64,000 nucleotides of DNA from Klebsiella phage KpLz-2_45: sequence record MN871446.1. One strand, written 5' to 3'. The translations under genes were made by a program, and so were the position numbers. The notes beneath the pieces are model-generated. The model saw nothing but the letters and a program-made list of their open reading frames with translations, did not search any database and was not told the origin of the DNA. Of the stretch, positions 35,101-43,066 are shown in pieces (within the stretch, counting starts at the first letter, position 1; every line of letters starts with the position of its first letter).

Positions 35101-37899
35101 ATGAATAGTTACGAAAAGAAAACGGTGAATCCTACCGGGATCAAAGTTTCCAGTCGTCCACAGGATTGGCTCCAACGCACCCCTTCGGCTACGGCAATTA
35201 TGTCGAAACTGGTTCAGGATGCGGTACATCGTACGACTACACCTGGAAATGGTGTCGATGTTCCCGACCCAACGATTTTCGACCGTCTCGTCAGTCGTCG
35301 CGCCAGAAAGAACCTGGACGCAGAAACAATCATCTCTTTAGCGCCCGACATTAAATTGATTAAACAGATGATTGTTTCCACTACCCTTTCTCCGGTCGAT
35401 ATGACCCAAGGAGAGTTAGGATTTAAAACCGAGGCGTCAGAGATCCCGCCAAGCGTCCTCAATCAAGTCACAGAGGTCATACGGGATCATTTTGAGTCAT
35501 ACTACCCCTTACGCGATAAACTCCCTGAGATCATCGGAGAGGCGTTATTTGAAACAGGTGCGTGGGTCGGTGTAATTGTCCCGGAAGCTGTTATCGATGA
35601 CATCATCAACCTTCGCGAAGTCGGCAGTTATCTGGCCACGGAAAGTTTCAACGAGAAACTGAAAACGCATTTCGTTGACGGAACCTTAAAATCTGTCGGC
35701 ATCTTAGGTGACCCAGGAATTACCGATCAGGAAATCCGTGATGCGAATAAAGGTAAAAAGAACATTCGCAGTAGTGCACCGGCACCGTCTTTAGAAAGCA
35801 TGTTCTCCATGCCGGTTATGAACCCTAATCAGGTTCGTATTAATGACAGTGCCACCATCACCGATAACCTCGGAATTATGGGTTTGAGCCATATCCGTAA
35901 CCAGATTAATGAAGAGCGTTTGAGAAACAAATACCGCTACGGACGTAGCGGAGCAGGGATGGAGGCGTACCGGTCAAGAAACGGTCATAACAACGTCTCG
36001 ACGGTCGCGAGAACGCTTTACAACTCACGGTCTGGTCAAACTAGCGTTAACCCTGTTAAAGTCATTCCTGCGGCCTCAGAAGCCAGCAGAAGCAGTATTG
36101 GTCATCCGCTGGTCATTAAGTGCCCCTCAGAATCGGTGATTCCGTGTTACCCGAAAGGCGATGAGCGAAACCACATCGGTTACGTCATTGTCCTGGATGA
36201 GCTGGGTAACCCGATCAACTTAACCGATGAACTGAACCAGGCGGCCACTAATGGTCAGATCGGTACAATGGGTGCTCAGCAACAACTGGACATGACCTCC
36301 AGTTTAATCCAGCAAACCCGCATTGCGCAGAACGGTATCTGTATGGATACCGACAAAATGGCGGCGGAAGAACGTATTCGCGTCTATAACCAGGTCTTAG
36401 AGGAAAACATCCTCAACCGTATTAAAAACGGTTTGATCGGTCGTAACGTGAAGATGGCCTGGAACGAAGATATCATGCGTATCATGATGTTCCGTCAGTT
36501 TGCGAACCAACGTACTAACCTCGTCTTTGTCCCTGCTGAACAAGTCGCGTATTTCGCTTACGACTACGACAGTAACGGGATGGGGAAATCGTTGCTTGAT
36601 GACATCAAACAGGTCTCTGCACTGCGAGCCATGACCACCTTCGCTAACTTTATGGCGGGCGTGAAGAATGCGGTAGGACGAACCAAAGTAACGATGAACA
36701 TCGACCCGCGTACACCTGACCCCGAGAAAGCTTATGCGATCTTGATTGATGAGTATCAACGAATGACCAGCACCGTTACTCCTACGGATGTCAGTTCTTC
36801 GGCGGAAATGTTCCGCGTACTCAGAATGATGGGGACGACGATTGAGGTACAGGGTAACCCACGTATCCCGAATACCACTGTGGACATTAATGAGTACCAA
36901 TCTCAGAAACAGATCATTGATGAGAACTTTACCAATGATCTTCGTCGTCAACAGTATATGGGTCTCTTTGTTACACCGGCGATGGTGGACATGACTGACG
37001 AGGCAGACTTTGCTATCACCCGTTGGACGTCTAACCAGCTCTACGCTAAACGCATCATGATGATTCAAGACGACACCTGTAAGCACGGGAAGAAGCTCGT
37101 CAGATCATACGTGAACTCGGACGGTGTTTTAATCGGACGTATTCAGAAGATCTTTGCCGAGAACAACGATAAGCTCCCTGAAGAATATCGTCTCGATAAA
37201 GAAAGTCAAATCCCGGAAGATTTAAAATACCTCGATGCGATCGACGCTTATTTTGACGCATTCTACCTTGAGTTACCTCGTCCGGAAAATAACCGGATTG
37301 AGAAACAAAAAGAAGAATTCGACAAAGTGAAAGATATGATTGACGACATTGTCGACTGTTACATCTCGAGCGAACTTCTGGGGGCATTTGCACCGGAAGA
37401 TCAATCTAAGATCGATATGCTCAGGGCACACATGACAGCGTACCTGAAACGCGACTGGTTACAGAGTCAAGGCTTCGATATGGGCTTTGTGAAGATCCTG
37501 TCGCCGGTCACGGAAGAAGATCCATCGCTGGATATGATCAAAGTCTTTACTACCGACATTGTCAATATGCTGCATAACTTTGGCGATTTCAGTTCGGCAT
37601 TGGCGGCCACCCGTGACGCGTTACTGAAACGGATGGAAGTAGAGAACCCGAAACAACATGAGATCCTTACAGCCAATAATGACGCTGGCGGCGGTTGGGA
37701 CAATGGCAGTTCCGGAAACGATTGGGACAACAACGATTCCGGTGGTGGCGACGCCTTTGGCGGTGGCGACTTCGGTTCCTTCGAAGATACCGAGGAAGAT
37801 CCTTTCGCCACGGACGAGTTAGAAGGAGGAGGAGAAACTTCCACTGAAGAGGAAGCAGATCCTTTCGCTACACCAGAAGAAACAAACGGACCTGAATAA
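35101..37899 (+). CDS. large hypothetical virion protein, 932 aa, with a Gly/Asp-rich acidic disordered C-terminus (possibly portal-like)
   Basis: AAGGA RBS. C-terminal about 90 aa GGGWDNGSSGNDWDNNDSGGGDAFGGGDFGSFEDTEEDPFATDE...DPFATPEE. Portal assignment is speculative and rests on size and the acidic tail. Confidence 0.55.
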   Translation: MNSYEKKTVNPTGIKVSSRPQDWLQRTPSATAIMSKLVQDAVHRTTTPGNGVDVPDPTIFDRLVSRRARKNLDAETIISLAPDIKLIKQMIVSTTLSPVDMTQGELGFKTEASEIPPSVLNQVTEVIRDHFESYYPLRDKLPEIIGEALFETGAWVGVIVPEAVIDDIINLREVGSYLATESFNEKLKTHFVDGTLKSVGILGDPGITDQEIRDANKGKKNIRSSAPAPSLESMFSMPVMNPNQVRINDSATITDNLGIMGLSHIRNQINEERLRNKYRYGRSGAGMEAYRSRNGHNNVSTVARTLYNSRSGQTSVNPVKVIPAASEASRSSIGHPLVIKCPSESVIPCYPKGDERNHIGYVIVLDELGNPINLTDELNQAATNGQIGTMGAQQQLDMTSSLIQQTRIAQNGICMDTDKMAAEERIRVYNQVLEENILNRIKNGLIGRNVKMAWNEDIMRIMMFRQFANQRTNLVFVPAEQVAYFAYDYDSNGMGKSLLDDIKQVSALRAMTTFANFMAGVKNAVGRTKVTMNIDPRTPDPEKAYAILIDEYQRMTSTVTPTDVSSSAEMFRVLRMMGTTIEVQGNPRIPNTTVDINEYQSQKQIIDENFTNDLRRQQYMGLFVTPAMVDMTDEADFAITRWTSNQLYAKRIMMIQDDTCKHGKKLVRSYVNSDGVLIGRIQKIFAENNDKLPEEYRLDKESQIPEDLKYLDAIDAYFDAFYLELPRPENNRIEKQKEEFDKVKDMIDDIVDCYISSELLGAFAPEDQSKIDMLRAHMTAYLKRDWLQSQGFDMGFVKILSPVTEEDPSLDMIKVFTTDIVNMLHNFGDFSSALAATRDALLKRMEVENPKQHEILTANNDAGGGWDNGSSGNDWDNNDSGGGDAFGGGDFGSFEDTEEDPFATDELEGGGETSTEEEADPFATPEETNGPE

Positions 37900-37906
37900 A
37901 AAAAAA

Positions 37907-37961
37907 AGAGGGCACAAACCCTCTTCCCTCCCACAGAGAGCGAAAGCTCTCTGTGGGAGGG
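37907..37961. terminator. double hairpin: AGAGGG-cacaaa-CCCTCT and CCCTCCCACAGAGAGC-gaaa-GCTCTCTGTGGGAGGG
   Basis: Two consecutive perfect stems (6 bp and 16 bp with a GAAA loop) between convergent genes. A9 before and a T-run on the minus strand. Confidence 0.7.
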
Positions 37962-37971
37962 TTATTACCGA

Positions 37972-40191
37972 TTAGTCTTGACGACGCAGAGCCAGTACAA
38001 AGCTATCGGATTTAGCATCCTGATAATCTTTGCGGACTTCTAACCAGCTGTTATCGGCGAACCAGATATAGTTCAGGCACGCGATATCGCTACCGGCATT
38101 AAAGTTCATGGCTTTCAGCGCGTTATGCAGTTTAGGTGAGGTTTCTTGGGACACGAAGAAGATTTCACCCGGCTGAGCATCAGCACTGATTCTCAGTTTC
38201 AGGTCGTTAACCAGCATCGGGGCGATAACCATATTGATACGTTTTACCACATAGATGGTACGCGCATCGGTGGTTTCGTTGACACCGGCACCAATAATCC
38301 CTGAACCCAATTTAAACATCTGGAAGTTAGCCAGGTGGAACGAGAACGCGCCAGCCAGTTTCTTCGCAAACTCAGCGCCACGTGCTTTAGTGACGTCATC
38401 CGCCAACGTCGCCAGATCTTCAAAGCTTTCAATGCGCAGACCGCAACCCATTTCCAGACGGAAGATAGAGTTCACCAGTTCGACGATATGGCGTTTCGCA
38501 GCCACTACCAGCGCAACAGGAACACGATCGATGACACGCTTCAGGTTATCGTGGATATCCTGAATATAGCTCAGTTCAATATTGTCATTGAAGTTGAGGC
38601 CCGTCATCTCCAGTTGACGCAGCGTGAACCGTGCTTCTTCCGGCGTAGCGCAAGTGTAAATCGGTTCGTAGGATTCCGCGGCGGTTTGGAACGCATTGAA
38701 GTTGGTGTGCAGGTGACCGTTCTGATCGTTGGTCATTTCTTCGGTACGAGACATTTCCTGCATACGGATATGACCCAGACCGAACCCCTTCACCGTTTCA
38801 TCTGAACGGAGAATATTCTCGAACGAGATTGTTCCCGCGTTCGGGGCTTCAGGAACCACCTTCTGTTCTTCCGGCGGCAGGGCGCTGTTTTCTTCCTTGA
38901 TACTGGCAACCACGGCTTCGTACTCCTGACGGTCCTGGTCACGAAGTTCGCGGTTAGCTTTCACGTTAAAACGTGGGCCGGCGATCGCTTTACGGATCTC
39001 GGCGTTTTTCGGGTGATAACGATTATCGGCTTCTTTTGCGCCGATGACGTTCAGTTCGTGAATTTTACGATCCACTTCTTTTACCTCTTCAGCGGTTAAC
39101 GGTTCAAACGCCATGTAACGATAACCGTCACTGGTGATGTCCCATACAGGGCGAACAGAGTCCACTTCCCATGCGATTGGGCGGTGGTTATTCGCTTCGT
39201 TCGGATGGAGCGGGATAGACATGACCACTTCGTAATCGTCTAATTTGATCAGACCCGATTCAATGTCTTCACGGGTAATAGGACGATTCGCTAAGCGGTT
39301 ACCTTTTGATGAGTAACCCGGTGCAGATTCAGCCGGCGCGGCTTTCTTTTTACTGAATGAAGCGGGGCGAGTGACTTCATGCGGTTCTACTCGCTCGTAC
39401 GCCGGCGCGGCGTTCGCAGTGCGTGGGTCTGGCATTTCGAAATCGTCACGTTCGTCACGATTCACTTCATTCCCATTTGCTTGTTCGCGCATACGGGCGG
39501 TGGCGACATACGGGTTAACACGACGGCGATTGTTACGGGCAGCATTAATATCTACCGCAGGTTCCCGACGAGAGTCGGCACGACCACGAGTAGGGATAGC
39601 GCTTTCGTAACGGCCGGGGCGAGAACCGAAACCACCGGAACTTCGTCCACGATCATCGCGATCTTCGTAACGACCTCTGCGTTCATCACGACCACGGCCT
39701 TCATAACGCCCACGACGCTCTTCTTCGCGTCCACGACCGAAGCCGCCACTGCTACGACCAAAACCACCACGACGGTCGTCGCGTCCACGGTCACCAAAGC
39801 GACGACCACGATCAGCTTCTTCCGCATACTCTTCCAGTGCACGACGCAGTTTATTAGCATTGTCAGCCAAAAACAGCATGTCGTCTTCTGTACGGCGATC
39901 GGGGATATCGACACTACGGTCTTCTTTGATCAGTGCCCCGGCAAAGAATGAGGCGAGTTCAATTGCTCCTTCCCAAAGGTCATCTGGTTCTTTACGGAGG
40001 TCAACTAACATTTCCATGGAGTCGAAAACGAAGTTGATTAAGTTTTCACGGGTCTGACGACTGCGACGAATCGCATCGTCAAGGTATTCGAAGAACGGAT
40101 CGTCACGGGACAGTTCGCTGATGCGTTCATCCAGGAAAGCAGCCAGGTTGCGATCGTTAAAATCCATCTCATTACGACGACGGTTATACAT
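37972..40191 (-). CDS. hypothetical protein, 739 aa, with a central RG/RGG-rich low-complexity linker
   Basis: Residues about 128-215 read RGRRFGDRGRDDRRGGFGRSSGGFGRGREEERRGRYEGRGRDERRGRYEDRDDRGRSSGGFGSRPGRYE. Flanking domains have ordinary globular composition. Confidence 0.6.
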   Translation of the reverse strand: MYNRRRNEMDFNDRNLAAFLDERISELSRDDPFFEYLDDAIRRSRQTRENLINFVFDSMEMLVDLRKEPDDLWEGAIELASFFAGALIKEDRSVDIPDRRTEDDMLFLADNANKLRRALEEYAEEADRGRRFGDRGRDDRRGGFGRSSGGFGRGREEERRGRYEGRGRDERRGRYEDRDDRGRSSGGFGSRPGRYESAIPTRGRADSRREPAVDINAARNNRRRVNPYVATARMREQANGNEVNRDERDDFEMPDPRTANAAPAYERVEPHEVTRPASFSKKKAAPAESAPGYSSKGNRLANRPITREDIESGLIKLDDYEVVMSIPLHPNEANNHRPIAWEVDSVRPVWDITSDGYRYMAFEPLTAEEVKEVDRKIHELNVIGAKEADNRYHPKNAEIRKAIAGPRFNVKANRELRDQDRQEYEAVVASIKEENSALPPEEQKVVPEAPNAGTISFENILRSDETVKGFGLGHIRMQEMSRTEEMTNDQNGHLHTNFNAFQTAAESYEPIYTCATPEEARFTLRQLEMTGLNFNDNIELSYIQDIHDNLKRVIDRVPVALVVAAKRHIVELVNSIFRLEMGCGLRIESFEDLATLADDVTKARGAEFAKKLAGAFSFHLANFQMFKLGSGIIGAGVNETTDARTIYVVKRINMVIAPMLVNDLKLRISADAQPGEIFFVSQETSPKLHNALKAMNFNAGSDIACLNYIWFADNSWLEVRKDYQDAKSDSFVLALRRQD

Positions 40192-40233
40192 GTAGAATTA
40201 CTCCTGCGAGATTAGTTAATTATTTAAAATGGT

Positions 40234-41850
40234 TTATTCGGTAATTTCCCGCTGTACCATATCGAGGAGTTCAATGTTTTTCGGATTACGAATAAATTTC
40301 CCAGCGTCGTCGGTGTGGGCGTAAACGTTTAGACGTCCACGGCCGTCGGGGATACCTTTCGCAAAGTTGCACACTGAACCACATTCCATGATACTTGAAT
40401 GCAGGTGGTAAGCCGTTTCGTTAGGTTTGAAACTTTTTGTCTTACCTTTACCGATAACAGCATTGACTTGACGGATAGCGATACACGTGTGTTTGAAAAT
40501 CATGTTATCGCCCGGGTACTGAACAGAGTTAAGTTCGCCGTGTCCCCGTTGGATACCGAGGAATGCGTTAGTGGTTAGGAAACTAGACAGCTTCCATGTT
40601 AACCGCTTCAGTCGCAGCGTTTTCTGTTCTTTTTCTAACTGCCAGGTAAAGTTAAAGATACTCTCCGTGATGCCCGATAACGCATACCGTTTCACCAGGA
40701 GATATTTCCCCCACATGTTACCCGAATTATCGTCTTTCAGTCGATCCTGGATTGTTTCAAGGATATGGATAAACAACTCGTAAAGGTCATTGGCCATGAT
40801 CCCTTCTTGACGAAGATTTTTCTTCGTCTCGCCATCGACGTAAGAGTCGAGCGACTTAAGATGGAGATCAACCTTGTTGAGCAGTTTCCCTTCGTTCTCG
40901 TTCCCCTGATGCAGAATAAAACCCATGATAATGCGCCACGTGTCTGGCATATCGATGTACTGCAAATTGAAGCGTTGCGGGTAACGATCGACGACGTAGA
41001 AGAAATGCGTCGCCAGTAACTGAACACCTATGTTGTTCAACACCGCTTCACGCGGAATGATCAACGCCAGGTTCGTGGGTTTCCAATCGCTGATTGCGCG
41101 GCGGCGTTCCGGCGGCGGTAACCCTTGCGTGGTAAAGATCACGTAGTCTTGCTCTGGGTAATCCTCACGTAAGTTGTGACGGTTCTCTTCGATCACGACG
41201 TCAATGTCGTAGAAACGTTTAAAGGTTTCCGTTACGCCATACTTACAGAACAGGTAATGACCCAGCGTCGAGTTAAACGACGATTTCTTCCCTTCGTTCC
41301 CTGTTTTACCTTGATAGATATTTCCGTAGACTACAAAGGACGGGATTGATTCGCCGTCTTGTAGGACACTGTAAATACTCCGTTTCAAAGTGAACTTCGC
41401 TCGGAAGAGGATCGTGAACAAATCATTCCCGGCTACCGAGAAAACCAAATCCGCCAGGATCGGATGAATTGTTGCACGTGAGCCGCCTAACCATAACGTC
41501 CCTGCTTCCCTGACAAACGGAATATTGATGTTCCGTGGTAGGATGTGGATTTTCTGAAAACGCAGTTTCATTTCCGACATCACCGCGTCAGTTTGCGCAA
41601 TATCAACTTCCCCGCGACGTTCCGCCTTTTCATTCCCTTTAATGATCGCCTGAGACTCTTCGTAGGGCGTCAGTCTACGCATCCCCAGGTATTCGACATC
41701 GGGAGGAAAGTCCTGTGCCGCACAATGCGCAATTCGATCGATATACTGTTCGGCATCCTCTAAATCCTTAACAGCAAATCCACCGGCAATGTCTTTGTTG
41801 AACTTGGGTAACGGTTCAACAATGTCATTAAACAATGCTATATCAGCCAC
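40234..41850 (-). CDS. hypothetical protein, 538 aa
   Basis: ORF only. Confidence 0.6.
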   Translation of the reverse strand: MADIALFNDIVEPLPKFNKDIAGGFAVKDLEDAEQYIDRIAHCAAQDFPPDVEYLGMRRLTPYEESQAIIKGNEKAERRGEVDIAQTDAVMSEMKLRFQKIHILPRNINIPFVREAGTLWLGGSRATIHPILADLVFSVAGNDLFTILFRAKFTLKRSIYSVLQDGESIPSFVVYGNIYQGKTGNEGKKSSFNSTLGHYLFCKYGVTETFKRFYDIDVVIEENRHNLREDYPEQDYVIFTTQGLPPPERRRAISDWKPTNLALIIPREAVLNNIGVQLLATHFFYVVDRYPQRFNLQYIDMPDTWRIIMGFILHQGNENEGKLLNKVDLHLKSLDSYVDGETKKNLRQEGIMANDLYELFIHILETIQDRLKDDNSGNMWGKYLLVKRYALSGITESIFNFTWQLEKEQKTLRLKRLTWKLSSFLTTNAFLGIQRGHGELNSVQYPGDNMIFKHTCIAIRQVNAVIGKGKTKSFKPNETAYHLHSSIMECGSVCNFAKGIPDGRGRLNVYAHTDDAGKFIRNPKNIELLDMVQREITE

Positions 41851-41873
41851 ACATGCATCCTTATTTCAATCAA

Positions 41874-42872
41874 CTATAACACAACCGCGGCCGCGGTCGC
41901 ACCCAACACCGCCTTCTTCGTCAAGAAAGACAGTAACCATTTTCCGGCTTTCATCATAGTCGGTAGAATGGATTTAATAAATTCTCCGCCGGCTTTAATC
42001 CAGGCTGAGACCACTTTCGCTTTCTTCTCTTTATCTTCGCTTTGCTTCCCTTCCTTTAACGACGCCTTTTCCATCTCAAGTTCTTTCAAAGCTGCTTCTC
42101 GGGACGTATGGAACTTAATCCCTAACGGATTGTTTCCCGATATTGCATCTTCGAAAGAAAAGAAGCTTTTAGTCGCTAATAAGCGAAGTCCCTCCTTAAT
42201 TTTGCCGTAGTTTTGAACAGTGACGCCATCGGGCTCGTTAGACGCACGAGAGATATTGACTTTCAATACCTGGTTACCGATGGTATAATAAAGCCCTTCG
42301 ACAAATCGTTCTTTGTCGACAGCACTCACGACAATACCTGACACCTTACTGATTTTACACCCGATATCATCCTGGACAATATCGTGAATGGTTTCTTCAC
42401 GATCAACCAATGACGCTTTAGAAATCCGCATCCCTAAACCCGGGACGCTAATCTCCGACCCTAACGTATCGAAATCGCTTTCGTCTATCAAGAACACCAT
42501 ACGGTATTTGTAATGGTTTCTCGAGCAACGTAGGTCCTCGTCAAAGTGCACCATGCAGTTACCTTTGACAGCATCATAAAGGCCGAAGCTCGCCTCAGCA
42601 TAATTATTCTTCGGGTCGTCAATATTGACCGTATCAGTGCAATAGAGTACGGTAAGGTGGATGATCAAATACCCACGTAACTTTGCCGTTCCGTGAGAAA
42701 ATACAACATTGTCAGTCCCATCGGATTTCTGTACAGCAAGATCGTACCGATAGTTGTTAGTGATCTCCATGGTAACGGATAAATCACAATTCCCTGTACG
42801 GTAATCATTTGCCATCACTAGAAACTCATGGGGCATCTTTTCTTTTCGAGGATTATCTCTCTTATAGACCAT
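41874..42872 (-). CDS. hypothetical protein, 332 aa
   Basis: ORF only. Confidence 0.55.
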   Translation of the reverse strand: MVYKRDNPRKEKMPHEFLVMANDYRTGNCDLSVTMEITNNYRYDLAVQKSDGTDNVVFSHGTAKLRGYLIIHLTVLYCTDTVNIDDPKNNYAEASFGLYDAVKGNCMVHFDEDLRCSRNHYKYRMVFLIDESDFDTLGSEISVPGLGMRISKASLVDREETIHDIVQDDIGCKISKVSGIVVSAVDKERFVEGLYYTIGNQVLKVNISRASNEPDGVTVQNYGKIKEGLRLLATKSFFSFEDAISGNNPLGIKFHTSREAALKELEMEKASLKEGKQSEDKEKKAKVVSAWIKAGGEFIKSILPTMMKAGKWLLSFLTKKAVLGATAAAVVL

Positions 42873-42952
42873 CCGTACTTCCTGTTAGTGAATTGAAATG
42901 GAACTTTCGTTCCGGCCAGTTTGGATCTTTCTCAAGGATCCTTCTATACACT

Positions 42953-42977
42953 CTCAATAAGGTAATATAGGTCTGAA
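42953..42977 (+). promoter_or_regulatory. second copy of motif CTCAATAAGGTAATATAGGTCTGAA (compare 5685..5709)
   Basis: 21 of 25 nt are identical to the 5685 copy. A partial half-copy CTTTCTCAAGG lies 20 nt upstream. Located in the 194-nt spacer downstream of the capsid gene. Confidence 0.35.
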
Positions 42978-43002
42978 CATTTTTCGATTTGACGGACATA
43001 GA

Positions 43003-43032
43003 CCCAGTCTCCCGCCGAAGCGGGAGACTGGG
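43003..43032. terminator. hairpin CCCAGTCTCCCGC-cgaa-GCGGGAGACTGGG
   Basis: 13-bp perfect stem directly after the capsid gene stop. Confidence 0.6.
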
Positions 43033-43066
43033 CTAAGAGTTAGTAAACTAACTTACGCGCGTTAAC

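Noticed and set aside
36397-37086. 229-aa minus-strand ORF inside the 932-aa plus gene
   Set aside because: Fully contained antisense ORF with no RBS. The sense ORF is far longer and has proper signals.
38255-39951. Several 100-190-aa plus-strand ORFs antisense to the RG-rich gene
   Set aside because: They are artefacts of the repetitive CGN/GGN composition of the RG tract. They overlap a 739-aa ORF with good start and terminator context.
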